This document shows positions 28,530 to 39,067 of a stretch of 64,000 nt of DNA, piece after piece. Origin of the DNA: an uncultured Chloroflexia bacterium (GTDB taxonomy: Bacteria; Chloroflexota; Anaerolineae; B4-G1; SLSP01); contig CAVVUS010000024.1 of NCBI GenBank assembly GCA_963751345.1, positions 103,918-167,917 of the forward strand, in the 5' to 3' direction. The notes beneath the pieces are model-generated. The model had not been told where the DNA came from and searched no databases. It worked only from the letters and a program-made list of their open reading frames with translations. Both the position numbers and the translations under genes were made by a program. How positions within the stretch are numbered: position 1 is the first letter of the stretch; each line of letters opens with the position of its first letter.

Positions 28530-29768
28530 ATGGACCAATACGCGACCGGGAATCTGGATGTCTACGTGAAGAAGACCGTGAACCTGTCGCTGGCAAGGGA
28601 GAGTTTAGAGTTCGCGGTCTCTCAAAGCCTATTCAGCAGCCACCAGGTCGATCTCGGGACCATGCACTTGCTCAGGACGCTTCAGGACCGTGAACTGCAG
28701 GACGGCGCGAAGATCCTGGACCTTGGCTGTGGCTATGGCCCGCTCGGACTCACGCTGGGACGCCTCAATCCGGGAACCCAGGTTCACCTGGTGGATAGAG
28801 ATGCACTTGCCGTCACATTCTCGAAGCACAATGCTCGCACCCTCCTCCCCTCCGGCGAGGAGTTGGAGGGAGGGAACGCGGTCGCGTACGGCAGTCTCGG
28901 CTACGATGACGTCCGGGCACGCGACTTCGACCTGATCGTCTCCAACATCCCGGGGAAGGCGGGCACCTCGGTCATCCGGGCTATGCTGCTCGACGCCAAG
29001 GCGTTCCTGGCCCCTCGAGGGATGGCAGCGGTGGTAGTGGTCTCGCCGCTCGAGGCCCTGGTCAGCGAGATCCTTGCCGATCCCGGCATTGAGGTGCTGC
29101 TTCACCAGACAACCAGCGCCTACGCTATCTTTCACTACCGGTTCGTCTCGCCGGACGTTGGGCCGACGTGGACGGGCGGCCTGCAGCGCGGCATCTACGA
29201 TCGGGAGGAGCTCACATTTCTGCTCGACGACCTGACATTTCCTATGCACACCGCCTACGGCCTGCCCGAATTCGACACCCTCAGCTTTGAATCGCGGTTG
29301 TTGATCAAAGCGCTCGGGGACCTGAAAGAAGAGCGCCCGCGCACGGTAACGGTTTTCAACCCCGGCCAGGGCCACGTGCCCGTGGTCCTGTGGCGGCTTC
29401 TCTCACCGCAGGCGGTCGACCTCGTCGATCGAGATCTGCTGAGCCTCCGCTATGCCCGGATGAACTTGAGCCGCAATGGCTGCAAAGCCGGTTCCATCCG
29501 GATCCACCATCAGATCGACCTACTGCCCGCGGGTGAAGCACCCGACCTGATCGTTGGGCTGCTCCGAGAGGAGGAAGGCCCCGAGGCCATCGAGCGGGCT
29601 CTGGCGCAGGCAGGCAGCGCGCTGCATCCGGGCGCCCACATTCTTGTCGCCGGGGGATCGACACCCATCACACGGGTCCTCAAGTCACCGGAAATCGGCC
29701 GGTACCTTCGCCCCGTGAAGCGCAAGCGCAGCAAGGGGAACAGCACAGTACTGCTTCAGCGCAAGTAG
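28530..29768 (+). CDS. Class I SAM methyltransferase, RsmC/RlmG-like, two domains
   Basis: 'LFSS..VDLGT.LL', 'LDLGCGYGPLG', 'IVSNIP'; second degenerate domain with 'LVDRDLL'. Confidence 0.75.
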   Translation: MDQYATGNLDVYVKKTVNLSLARESLEFAVSQSLFSSHQVDLGTMHLLRTLQDRELQDGAKILDLGCGYGPLGLTLGRLNPGTQVHLVDRDALAVTFSKHNARTLLPSGEELEGGNAVAYGSLGYDDVRARDFDLIVSNIPGKAGTSVIRAMLLDAKAFLAPRGMAAVVVVSPLEALVSEILADPGIEVLLHQTTSAYAIFHYRFVSPDVGPTWTGGLQRGIYDREELTFLLDDLTFPMHTAYGLPEFDTLSFESRLLIKALGDLKEERPRTVTVFNPGQGHVPVVLWRLLSPQAVDLVDRDLLSLRYARMNLSRNGCKAGSIRIHHQIDLLPAGEAPDLIVGLLREEEGPEAIERALAQAGSALHPGAHILVAGGSTPITRVLKSPEIGRYLRPVKRKRSKGNSTVLLQRK

Positions 29769-29823
29769 CGCGCCTCCGAGGGGAGCATGATGCCTATTGA
29801 CATCCCCTGCCCGCTCTGCCCCA

Positions 29824-31401
29824 CTACTCTTCGACCCGGACGCTTCGCCCTTGCCCCTCCACCAGCCAGCGGTAAGTCTTCTCGATGCGGTCCCAGTTGC
29901 CCTCCCGGTCCAGGCTCCAGAACCTGCCGATCACCGAGACCTCCTTGCCGACGCCCAGGCGCTCCATCTCCCGTTCGACACCTTCCACGTAGTGCGCACC
30001 GCTGCCCACATGCTCCCCTCGGCGACCGAGCATCGCGTGATGATAGACTTCCGGGACACCTTCGCGCCGCGCCATCTCCAGCAGGGCATTCAGATGCTCG
30101 ACGGCACCGTGTGAGCTGTAGAAGGAGACGATGCCAAGCAGATGCAGGCGCGTGCCGTCGCGCTTGGCGCCGCGCATCGCCCACAAGAACGCCTCATTCT
30201 CGTAGAATGAGCCGTCGTCTATCGCCTCATTGATGCGCACGCGGTCCGCCAAGATCCGGCGTCCCGCTCCAATGTGAGAGTGGCCCGATTCCGAGTTACC
30301 AACGGTGCCGGCAGGCATCCCGACGGCCTTTCCCGCCGCCTCCAACCGTGTAGCCGGCCAGTTGGACTGAAGATCGTCCATGCAAGGCGTGTGAGCTTCC
30401 GCGATCATATTGCCCCAGACGTCGTCCCGGGTCCCCCACCCATCCGCAATGACCAGGAGAACACGGCGGCGCTTCGAAGGTACCGTCGGGGGCAACAGAC
30501 TCCGTCCGGTCATCTCCGCCGGCTTCGGAAGGTCAAGCAGTTGCAGCACCGTTGGCGCCACATCGGTCAACGCGCCGCCCTGGCGAAGCCCCACGTCTTG
30601 CAGAGAAGGATCGGCAACGACAAACGGCACGAGGCTGTCCGTGTGTCCGGTGTCTATCGTACCATCGGGGTAGAGCCACTTCTCGACTGTGCCGTGATCG
30701 GCCGTCACGATCGGCGTCACACCGCGGGCCTGTGCCGCCGCGACCACCTCGCCGATGCGACGGTCGACCTCCTCGACGGCACGCAGCACGGACGCACGGT
30801 TCTCGATGTGCCCCACCACATCGACGTTGACGAAGTTGACGACGATCAGATCAAGGTCCGGATCGTCCAGCGCGTCGATCACCGAGGCCGCTACCCGGCC
30901 GGCGCTCATCTCGGGAACCTCCGCGTAGTCCTCGACTTCGGGCGACGGGATCGCGACCAGATGCTCGCCGGGAAACAGCGGTTCGCGCTTCCCGTTCAGG
31001 AAGTAGCTTACGTGAATCGACTTCTCCGACTCGGAGATCTTGGCCTGCCTGAGCCCGTGGCGGCTTACGACTTCGCTCAACGTGTTGCGGATCTCTCCCT
31101 CGGGCGGGAAAGCCACCTTCACGGGCAGATCCTGGGCATATTCGATCATGGTCGCGAAGTGGACGGCCATATCTTTGCGCTCGAAATAGGGAAACTCGTG
31201 AGACACAAAAGCGCTCGTTAGCTCAACCTCGCGCTCGCCTCGAAGGTCGTAGAAGATCACGTAGTCGCCCGGGCCGATGCGCCCCACCGGCTCGCCGGAT
31301 GCGTCCACGCGCACAATGGGCTCGAGCGCCTCGTCCTCTTCTCCTCGATCGTAAGCTGCGCGTATGGCGTCGGCCATAGGGTAGGTTTCATCTGACGTCA
31401 T
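29824..31401 (-). CDS. gpmI: 2,3-BPG-independent phosphoglycerate mutase-like protein, circularly permuted
   Basis: All iPGM motifs present, but 'SESEK', 'DVVGH', 'TADHG' and 'MTGRSLL' precede 'VIADGWG' and 'GNSESGH'. Confidence 0.85.
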   Translation of the reverse strand: MTSDETYPMADAIRAAYDRGEEDEALEPIVRVDASGEPVGRIGPGDYVIFYDLRGEREVELTSAFVSHEFPYFERKDMAVHFATMIEYAQDLPVKVAFPPEGEIRNTLSEVVSRHGLRQAKISESEKSIHVSYFLNGKREPLFPGEHLVAIPSPEVEDYAEVPEMSAGRVAASVIDALDDPDLDLIVVNFVNVDVVGHIENRASVLRAVEEVDRRIGEVVAAAQARGVTPIVTADHGTVEKWLYPDGTIDTGHTDSLVPFVVADPSLQDVGLRQGGALTDVAPTVLQLLDLPKPAEMTGRSLLPPTVPSKRRRVLLVIADGWGTRDDVWGNMIAEAHTPCMDDLQSNWPATRLEAAGKAVGMPAGTVGNSESGHSHIGAGRRILADRVRINEAIDDGSFYENEAFLWAMRGAKRDGTRLHLLGIVSFYSSHGAVEHLNALLEMARREGVPEVYHHAMLGRRGEHVGSGAHYVEGVEREMERLGVGKEVSVIGRFWSLDREGNWDRIEKTYRWLVEGQGRSVRVEE

Positions 31402-31442
31402 CGTGTCTCCTTATCTCCGGTAATGTTCTCCCAGCCGGAGGC

Positions 31443-31490
31443 ATTATAGACAAAGGCCCATGAGCGTCAATGTGCCGCTTGCGGTATAAT
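31443..31490. promoter_or_regulatory. Divergent promoters gpmI/ribF
   Basis: Minus strand TTGACG-N16-TATAAT (31470-31443); plus strand TATAAT at 31485-31490. Confidence 0.55.
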
Positions 31491-31504
31491 AGGCGCCTGA
31501 AACC

Positions 31505-32444
31505 ATGTGGATCGAACACGACGTCACACACCTGAATCTCGAACGGTGGAGCGGCATCACGATCGGCGCCTTTGACGGTGTTCACCTCGGACACAAAGCG
31601 CTGATCCGAAAAATGGTGAACGGGGCATACCGCCAGGGATGGCAGGCCTTGGTGGTTACCTTCGATCCCCTTCCCGGACAGATCCTGGACCCCGAGGGAT
31701 ACCGGCTGCTCTCCACACTGCCGGAACGCATCGACCACTTCGAGGAACTTGGCGTCGAGGGCCTCGTCGTCTTGCCCTTCGATAGGAAGTTGATGGAGAC
31801 CCCCGCGGCGACATTTGTCGAGATGCTCACCCTCCATCTGTCGCTGGGCGGCCTGTGGATCGGGCCGGATTTCAGGCTCGGGAGAGGGCGTGAGGGCGAC
31901 ATTATCTATTTGAAGGAGACCGGGGCGCGCGAGGGTTTCACCGTCGAGGTACTCCACGACACAGTCGAGTGGCAGGGAGAGCCCGTTCGCAGCAGCCGCA
32001 TTCGCGAGGCCCTCGCGGCGGGAGATCTGGCGCAGGCCAACGGCTGCCTGGGCTATCCCTACGCGCTGACCGGGGAGATCGTCCAAGGGGACCGTCGAGG
32101 CCGTGACCTGGGCTTTCCCACTGCTAACCTGGCGGCGCCGCAGGAACGTCTGCTCCCGGCCAACGGAGTCTACGTCTGCAGAGCGACTCTAGGGGCGGAG
32201 ACCTGGGGAGCGGTGACCAACGTCGGTACGCGGCCCACCTTCGACGACCGCTCGCCAACGGTCGAGGCTTTCCTATTGGACTTCTCGGGCGACGTCTACG
32301 GACGCACGATGACGCTGGAGTTCCTGAGGCGCCTGCGGCCCGGAGCTGAAGTTCCCCTCGGCCGCAGCGCTCATCGAACAGATGCAGCGCGACGAAGCCG
32401 ACGCCAGGGCCTGTCTAGGTAATAACCAGAGTCACTGTGGATAG
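31505..32444 (+). CDS. ribF: Bifunctional riboflavin kinase/FAD synthetase, frameshift near 32340
   Basis: 'IGAFDGVHLGH', 'SSRIR', 'GFPTAN', 'NVGTRPTF'; corrected end 'RPELKF...D...*' at 32444. Confidence 0.94.
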
Positions 32445-32509
32445 CCCACGCCTATTGTAGGGTAGGGTCGTAGTAGCTGCTTCGCCGGTTCTGCGCTCTG
32501 CCGTGCGAG

Positions 32510-33310
32510 TTACTGAAGATCGTAGACGCGGCGACGGGGCCAGCCTGAGAGGGCCGCAACCTCACGGGCTGCCTGGGAGCGGGACAAACCTTGCGCTACG
32601 TGGTCGAGAAGAGCCTCACGCACGCGCGTCTCGTCCCACACTTCCTGTCGATCTTCGGCGCCCGCGACGACCAAGGTGTATTCTCCCCTCGGCGGTACCT
32701 CCGTGGTCAACGCCAGCGCGCCGTCGAGATCACCTCGCCAGACCTCCTCGTAGAGCTTGGTGAGCTCACGGCAGAGCGCGATCTGGCGGTTGCCCAACAC
32801 CTCCCGCATCGCCCGGAGGGTCTGCTCCAGGCGATGCGGAGCTTCGTAGAAGACGAGGGTCGACCGGACGGATGCCAACTCAGATAAGACGCGCTCCGGT
32901 CGCTTGCGGGGAAGGAACCCCGCGAAGAAGAACCGATCCATCGGCAGCCCCGAGACCACGATCGCCACGGTGTGCGCGGACGGGCCAGGGACGGCGACAA
33001 TATGGACGCCGCGCTCGATCGCGGCCCGGATCAACGGGTACCCCGGGTCGGAGATGCCCGGCATCCCCGCCTCGGAGATCACGGCGACGTCACCTTGTTC
33101 CAACGCATCTAGGATGCGGTCCAGCTTTTTGCGCTCGTTGGCCTCAAAGTACGAAGTCACCGGGGTAGTAATCTCATAGTGGCGCAACAGAATCTCTGCT
33201 CTGCGGGTATCCTCTGCGGCGATGAGGCTCACTCCCTTGAGGACACGTAGGGCGCGCAACGTGATGTCCTCGAGGTTGCCAATCGGCGTCCCCACAATGT
33301 AGAGCGTCAT
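32510..33310 (-). CDS. rsmI: 16S rRNA C1402 2'-O-methyltransferase
   Basis: 'TPIGNLEDITLRA', 'AEDTR', 'SEAGMPGISDPG', 'YEAPHR', 'RELTK'. Confidence 0.95.
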   Translation of the reverse strand: MTLYIVGTPIGNLEDITLRALRVLKGVSLIAAEDTRRAEILLRHYEITTPVTSYFEANERKKLDRILDALEQGDVAVISEAGMPGISDPGYPLIRAAIERGVHIVAVPGPSAHTVAIVVSGLPMDRFFFAGFLPRKRPERVLSELASVRSTLVFYEAPHRLEQTLRAMREVLGNRQIALCRELTKLYEEVWRGDLDGALALTTEVPPRGEYTLVVAGAEDRQEVWDETRVREALLDHVAQGLSRSQAAREVAALSGWPRRRVYDLQ

Positions 33311-33315
33311 ACGCC

Positions 33316-34017
33316 TCAGTGATTCTTGATAAAGACGACTCGCGCCAGCGCCTGCGAGCAGAAACCCGGATAGTCCAGGACGATCTCCGACGAAATGGGA
33401 GGGTGGTTGGGATCATCCCTGGAGTGAATCTGGACGCGGAACACTCCGTGCGTCTCCTGGGGTGCGCTGTTGAAGAACTGCTCCCAACCGGAGTCACCAT
33501 AGAGCTGCTTATCGCCTGAGGTAACGACGGTATCGATGCCCCCACCCCAGACATGGACCGGATATCCCACCAGCGGGTTCCCATCGAGATCCTCGACCGT
33601 ACCGGCCACGCCCGTCCAGGCGCAACCGTAATACGGTGTCTCATAGGTGATCTCATATGTGAACGGATAGGGCGAGCGGGTTACCCGGGGCGTCGGGGTC
33701 ACCGTCGGCACCAGCGTCGCCGTCGGTGCCGGGGTACCCGTGGGCCCGGGCGTCGGCGTGAGTGTCGGAGTGAAGCTGGCAGGCGGCGTCGGGGTGATCG
33801 TCGGCGTCGTGGTGGGTGTCCACGTTGCTGCGGGCACGTGGGTCGGCGTGGCCGTCGGCGTGTTGGTGGCTACGATGAACGCGTTCTCTGGGGGTGGAAA
33901 TGGATTGAAGGGCAGGTACGGATTGATAGCGATCGAAGCAAAGCAGAGGAGGGTGACGACCGTGAGCCCGAGCATCACCAAGGTCAAGATGTTGAACAGC
34001 CGATCCCGTTGCCCCAT
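33316..34017 (-). CDS. Membrane-anchored Pro/Thr-rich protein with C-terminal beta domain
   Basis: N-terminal TM, long TPT linker, 'VAGTVEDLDGNPL' carboxypeptidase-regulatory-like strand. Confidence 0.7.
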   Translation of the reverse strand: MGQRDRLFNILTLVMLGLTVVTLLCFASIAINPYLPFNPFPPPENAFIVATNTPTATPTHVPAATWTPTTTPTITPTPPASFTPTLTPTPGPTGTPAPTATLVPTVTPTPRVTRSPYPFTYEITYETPYYGCAWTGVAGTVEDLDGNPLVGYPVHVWGGGIDTVVTSGDKQLYGDSGWEQFFNSAPQETHGVFRVQIHSRDDPNHPPISSEIVLDYPGFCSQALARVVFIKNH

Positions 34018-34035
34018 AATATCTCCTCCTGGAAT

Positions 34036-34989
34036 TTAGGGAGTCACAAAGACCTGAATATCTGCGGAAGCCTTGAGTTGGTCCAGCCACTCCCGTACGG
34101 CCTGATCGCGCAGCAGCCGGAGGTTTTCCGGGCTGATCTCCTGATCGGGCACTCGCTCAACGACTTGGACGATGTGGTAGCCAAGATCGCTCTGAATGAC
34201 GTCGCTGAGTTGTCCCGGTTGGAGAGCAAATGCGGCGGCCTCGACCTCCTTGGAGGTTAGCACACCCTGCGGGAAGAAGCCCAAATCCCCCCCCAGATCG
34301 CGGGTGCTGATGTCCTGTGAATACGTGCGCGCAAGCGTCGCGAAGTCCGCCCCAGCCTGCAACTGCCCGAGGATCTGACGAGCTTCTTCTTCTGTCGCAA
34401 CCAGAATATGCCGGGCATGAACGTGCTCGGCCCGGGTCGGGATTGTCTCCGCAATGCGGTTGGCCATTTGCGTTGCGATCATATCGCCCCGCAACCGAGC
34501 ACGCATTTCGTCAAACGTCATATCTTCCTGGACAAGCCAAGCATTGAAGTCTTCTTCGCCGATATCGGCTCGCAGCCCCTCGATGTTGGCATCCACGTCA
34601 CTATCCGTGACAACTATGCCTTCAGCCACGGCCTGTTGCTCGATCACCGCTTGTTCGATCATCATATCGAGCACCCACTGACGTCCCTGCGCCATAGCCT
34701 CTTTGCCCTCCGGCGTGTTGGGGTCCTGACCGGCAGCCACCATGGAAGCCTCATATCGAGATACTTGACGTTGATAGGCCTCCAGCGGGATCGCCTGGCC
34801 ATTGACCATCGCGGCAAGTGGCTCTGTCGTCGCCGTAGCAGCAGGGGATACGGGTGTCGCTGTCGGTTCTACAGAGGGCGCCCCGGGCTCCGGCGCAGCC
34901 GTCGTAGCCACCGGGCCCGGCCCGATGGCCGGGGCAGTGCAAGCCGTCAGAAGCAGTAGTGCAAAAGGGATGAGCTTGATGTGTCTCAT
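34036..34989 (-). CDS. PrsA/SurA-like parvulin PPIase lipoprotein
   Basis: Lipobox 'LTAC', 'VNGQAI', 'HARHILV', 'GGDLGF', 'GYHIVQV'. Confidence 0.88.
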   Translation of the reverse strand: MRHIKLIPFALLLLTACTAPAIGPGPVATTAAPEPGAPSVEPTATPVSPAATATTEPLAAMVNGQAIPLEAYQRQVSRYEASMVAAGQDPNTPEGKEAMAQGRQWVLDMMIEQAVIEQQAVAEGIVVTDSDVDANIEGLRADIGEEDFNAWLVQEDMTFDEMRARLRGDMIATQMANRIAETIPTRAEHVHARHILVATEEEARQILGQLQAGADFATLARTYSQDISTRDLGGDLGFFPQGVLTSKEVEAAAFALQPGQLSDVIQSDLGYHIVQVVERVPDQEISPENLRLLRDQAVREWLDQLKASADIQVFVTP

Positions 34990-35227
34990 ACATATCCTCC
35001 CAAGTAGGATGCCGCATCAATTGACATTATAGTCTGAGGAACACTTTAACGCAATTCTACCCTATACGACGGCCCAACTCTTGACCCCACATTGTTTGTG
35101 ATTACAATCGCACGGAGTCGCGCGACAGGCAATAGCGGTTATTCGTCGAAGACCGATCGTAGTTGGAGACACTGACATAGAACTCAACGCAACATCACAC
35201 CTCAGGCGCCTGAATGCTTCCCGCGAT

Positions 35228-36139
35228 ATGCCTCAGGTCCTGGATCTCATCGAGATCGGGTTCAGAGATGAGCTGGATCCACAGGGCTGGAAAATGCTAC
35301 GGCAGATGCGACAGCTTTACCAGCCGAATGGCCTCGCTCGCGTCGTCTACAACGCCGCCCTCGAAACCACCGGATTTGTGTGGGAGGAGGACGGCCGCAT
35401 TGTCGGCAACCTCTCGTTGCGCCACGCTCAGCCTCGCAGCAGCCGCGGGCGCCTGATTGGGAATGTGGTCGTCCATCCGAACTACCGCCATCGCGGAATC
35501 GGTCGAGCTCTTATGGAAAGCGCAATTGCCGCGGCGAGCAATGAGTATGCGTCGTGGGTCGGATTGGAGGTCCGAGCGGACAACGAGATCGCCGGTCAAC
35601 TCTATCGGCACCTGGGTTTCCACGCCGTCGGGACGACCAAGCACATGCTCCGGCCAAAGGGTCTCCCCTGGCCGGAAAATCCAGGCCCAGACGGTGCGTG
35701 GCGTCGATCCAAATCACACGACGCGCTTAGCTGGCAGCACCTGGCTACCCTGGTCCACGACCGCGATCAGCGACTCGTCCTGGAAATCCGCGCCGACCTA
35801 TACCGGTTCGGCGGACTCGATAGCTGGATCAACCGCTGGCTCAGCCGCCAACGCGAGGGGGCCTGGGTCCACAGCGACAACGAGGGTCACATTGACCTCG
35901 CCGCACATGTTCAGACCGATAGGAAATTCCGGTTCCACGTTTGGGACGTGTTGATGCATCCCGCGCTTGGTGAACCAGGCGCACAGGAACTCCTCGCCCA
36001 AGCGCTGTCTGCCACCCGGCAGGCAGGGCACTGGCCCATCGTCACGATCGTCGCCGATCAGCCGGACCTTGTCCGAGCACTCGAGGGAATTGGCTTCGAG
36101 CAGCACCGGACGCTCCAGCAGATGATCCTGGCGTACTAG
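35228..36139 (+). CDS. GNAT-family acetyltransferase
   Basis: 'NVVVHPNYRHRGIGRALM', 'LEVRADN..A..LYRHLGF'; true start probably somewhat upstream. Confidence 0.85.
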   Translation: MPQVLDLIEIGFRDELDPQGWKMLRQMRQLYQPNGLARVVYNAALETTGFVWEEDGRIVGNLSLRHAQPRSSRGRLIGNVVVHPNYRHRGIGRALMESAIAAASNEYASWVGLEVRADNEIAGQLYRHLGFHAVGTTKHMLRPKGLPWPENPGPDGAWRRSKSHDALSWQHLATLVHDRDQRLVLEIRADLYRFGGLDSWINRWLSRQREGAWVHSDNEGHIDLAAHVQTDRKFRFHVWDVLMHPALGEPGAQELLAQALSATRQAGHWPIVTIVADQPDLVRALEGIGFEQHRTLQQMILAY

Positions 36140-36154
36140 CCCGGACCATGACCG

Positions 36155-36700
36155 TTATGCAGGCACGTCATCCGCCTGCGAATAGCCAAAGAACACATCC
36201 GCCCAGGCGAAGGCCGTCCCTGCACGATCCGCCGCTTCTGCGTCGCTACTTGAGTCCCCCACATAGATCGCCTGCGAGGGCGGCACGTCGTAGATCTCAC
36301 ACGCCGCCAACAGCATACCGGGCTCAGGTTTCCGCCAATCGAACGCCGCCGAGACATGCAGGTCCAGACCCCCGACGCCGGACAGGATGCGCTGAACTAA
36401 CGTATCGTAGTCCCACATCGTCAACGACAGTCGCGGGTCTCCGACGGCCACAAGCCAGGGAACTCGGCTGAGCTCCGGGATCAGTGCTGCGATCTCGTGG
36501 AATCGATCGGGAAGGGTCTCGGGTGAGGGGAATTTCGGATCTCCCGTTGCCATCCCCCAAGCAGGACCAGCCTGGTTTGTCGCGACTGCTATTCGATGCC
36601 CATCAGCGGCAAGGGAGGCAAGCCGATCCGAGACGCCAGGAAGAGGGTCGGTGCGATACATACCTACTAGCGTGCGATCCAGGTCGAAGATGTAGAGCAT
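36155..36700 (-). CDS. HAD-IIIA hydrolase (GmhB-like)
   Basis: 'FDLDRTL', 'ATNQAG', 'RKPEPGML', 'YVGDSSSD'. Confidence 0.85.
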   Translation of the reverse strand: MLYIFDLDRTLVGMYRTDPLPGVSDRLASLAADGHRIAVATNQAGPAWGMATGDPKFPSPETLPDRFHEIAALIPELSRVPWLVAVGDPRLSLTMWDYDTLVQRILSGVGGLDLHVSAAFDWRKPEPGMLLAACEIYDVPPSQAIYVGDSSSDAEAADRAGTAFAWADVFFGYSQADDVPA

Positions 36701-36733
36701 AACGCTGCGTCTCTTGGGCTCCGGTGGCGAACC

Positions 36734-37483
36734 CTAGACAGGCTGACCGCGCTGCCTCAGCACCTCATAAAGTGCAATGGAGCCCGCGATCGAGGCATTG
36801 AGTGAGTTGATATGGCCCCGCATCGGCATGCGGATCAGCCAATCGCAGCGATCCCGTACCAGACGGCGGAGCCCTTCACCCTCGCTGCCCACGACAAGTC
36901 CCAGGGGAAGGCTCAGATCTACTGCTGTATAAAGCTGGGCATCGGCGACGTCCTCGAGGCCGACCAGCCATACCTCGGCATTCTTGAGACGTATCATTTC
37001 CTGTGCGAGATTCGTGACCTGCGCGATCAGCAGGTGCTCCGTAGCACCGGCCGAAGTGTGGACGGTCGCAGGCGTAATGCCGGCGGCACGACGGTTCTGA
37101 ATAATGAGCCCATGGGCACCGGCGGCTTCGGCCGTGCGGATAAGGCTGCCGAGGTTGTGAACGTCCTGAATCAGGTCCAGCAACAACAGAAGAGGGGCCT
37201 CATTATGATTGCGGGCAAGATCAAGCATGCTCCGGGTTTCGACATAGGGGTACTCCGATGTCTCCAGAGCAATCCCCTGGTGCTGGTCGTGACCCACAAG
37301 CTGTGCCATCTCATTGCGGCTGGCACTGCCAATCCGCACGCCGCGGTCTCTGGCGAGCGTCTGGATCTCATCGGTCAGCGGAGTGCGTATTGTGCCTTCC
37401 AGGATCACAAGGCGGTAGGGGATGCGGCGCCCAGCTCGCAGCGACTCGAGCACGGCATGGCGCCCAAACAGGGTCTCGCGCAT
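36734..37483 (-). CDS. rlmB: 23S rRNA G2251 2'-O-methyltransferase
   Basis: 'HQG', 'QDVHNLGSLIRTA', 'GSEGEG', 'SLNAS'. Confidence 0.93.
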   Translation of the reverse strand: MRETLFGRHAVLESLRAGRRIPYRLVILEGTIRTPLTDEIQTLARDRGVRIGSASRNEMAQLVGHDQHQGIALETSEYPYVETRSMLDLARNHNEAPLLLLLDLIQDVHNLGSLIRTAEAAGAHGLIIQNRRAAGITPATVHTSAGATEHLLIAQVTNLAQEMIRLKNAEVWLVGLEDVADAQLYTAVDLSLPLGLVVGSEGEGLRRLVRDRCDWLIRMPMRGHINSLNASIAGSIALYEVLRQRGQPV

Positions 37484-37491
37484 GGGCAGGG

Positions 37492-38949
37492 CTATCCCTT
37501 CAATCGCCAGGTCGTATCGAGGGGACCATCCTCAATGGCGACACCAAGGTCTTCCAGTCGGTTGCGAATGGCATCAGCCTCGGCCCACGCTTTGGCCTCC
37601 CTGAATTGGTCCCGCAACCCAAGCAGCGTCTCCACCAAGCCTTCGACGAGGTCTCCCCCTGAGCGAGCCTCCAGATCAGGAGACACTAAGCCCAACACCT
37701 CACCCGCAAGATCTCGGAAGAGCTTGTCCATCGCCGACAAAGTCCCCAGACTCACTACATCCGAAGCGTCAAGTGTGCGATTGACCTCTTTGACCAGATC
37801 GAAGACGACGGCCAGCGCCTGTGGTGTGTTGAAGTCGTCATCCATGGCAGCCATAAAGCCTTCGCGGTAACCCTCAAGAGAGGCAACGTCCGACAGCGCC
37901 GCAGTGCCGGCGCCATCCAAGGGCAACGCGGCCCGCATCCGGCGGTGCAGGTGGAGAATGGTCTGATGGAGGCGGTTCACACCTCGCTGAGCTGACAGAA
38001 GCGCGTCACGGCTGAAGTCCTGAGGACCTCGATAGTGGCTACTCGATACGAAGTAGCGGATGGCCTCGGGCGAATAGAGCTTGAGTGCGTCCTTGATCGT
38101 GAGGAAGTTGCCCAAACTCTTGCTCATCTTCGTGCCGTTCACACGAAGCGAACCAACGAGAAGCCAGTAGTTCGCATACGATGCACCATTGTGTGCTTCC
38201 GACTGCGCGATCTCGCAGTCATTGTGGGGGAAGATGTTCTCCACACCACCACCGTGAATATCGAAGGTGCTCCCAAGGTACTTGTTCGCCATTACAGAGC
38301 ACTCGATGTGCCACCCGGGATAACCTTCACCCCAAGGGCTGGACCACCGCATCACATGTTCGGGGTCCGCAGCCTTCCACAAAGAGAAGTCCGCGGGATT
38401 GCGCTTCTCGTCGCGCACCTCAACTCGATGGCCGGCATCGAGTTCCGCCACCACTTGATGGCCCAGTCGGCCATAATCGGGGAAACTATCGACCGAGAAG
38501 AAAACGTTCCCGTCGACTTCGTAGGCATAGCCAAGACCGATGAGATCCCTGACCCAGGCAATGATATCGGGAACGTGACAGGTCGCACGAGGGGCGATAT
38601 TCGGCCGTAGCACGCCGAGGGCATCCATATCGTCCTGGAAGCTTCGGATGTAGGTCTCGACCACTTCCATAGGGCTCAGCCCATCACGCCGAGCGCCCCG
38701 GGCAACACGATCCTCGCCCGTTTCCAGAATGTGTCCCACATCGGTAAAGTTGCGGATGTGCCGGACTTGGTAGCCACGGAATCGCAGGTAGCGGATGACC
38801 GTGTCCATAGCGATATAGGTCTTCGCGTGTCCCAGATGGGCGTGGTCATAGACCGTGGGTCCACAGACGTACATCCGTACGAACTCGTGGTCGGCGGGCC
38901 GAAAACGCTCAAGATTGCGCGTCAGGTAGTTGAAGACTCTCAGTGCCAT
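37492..38949 (-). CDS. cysS: Cysteinyl-tRNA synthetase
   Basis: 'CGPTVYD.AHLGH', 'PGWHIECS', 'KMSKSLGN'. Confidence 0.97.
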   Translation of the reverse strand: MALRVFNYLTRNLERFRPADHEFVRMYVCGPTVYDHAHLGHAKTYIAMDTVIRYLRFRGYQVRHIRNFTDVGHILETGEDRVARGARRDGLSPMEVVETYIRSFQDDMDALGVLRPNIAPRATCHVPDIIAWVRDLIGLGYAYEVDGNVFFSVDSFPDYGRLGHQVVAELDAGHRVEVRDEKRNPADFSLWKAADPEHVMRWSSPWGEGYPGWHIECSVMANKYLGSTFDIHGGGVENIFPHNDCEIAQSEAHNGASYANYWLLVGSLRVNGTKMSKSLGNFLTIKDALKLYSPEAIRYFVSSSHYRGPQDFSRDALLSAQRGVNRLHQTILHLHRRMRAALPLDGAGTAALSDVASLEGYREGFMAAMDDDFNTPQALAVVFDLVKEVNRTLDASDVVSLGTLSAMDKLFRDLAGEVLGLVSPDLEARSGGDLVEGLVETLLGLRDQFREAKAWAEADAIRNRLEDLGVAIEDGPLDTTWRLKG

Positions 38950-39067
38950 ACGAAAGAACCAACCTTACGAGAATTTATGGCGTACTGCGTAGACAGGCAC
39001 GACCACAGGCAACGGCACTCATACGAGCCGGGACCACAGAACCCTCGCACGTTTGGGCGCCCTGTGC

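Noticed and set aside
28512-28693. TruB C-terminal extension overlapping the next gene by ~160 nt
   Set aside because: Explained by one extra T near 28500; the corrected end 'VFLP*' is typical.
36812-37870. Long antisense ORFs (e.g. 36812-37870, 58371-59525, 54543-55526, 5937-6938)
   Set aside because: Shadow frames of well-supported genes in GC-rich DNA, with no motifs or RBS.
38950-39067. Regulatory leader or T-box before cysS
   Set aside because: Only a short cacaggc/gcctgtg stem; no T-box, Cys-rich peptide or U-tract terminator.
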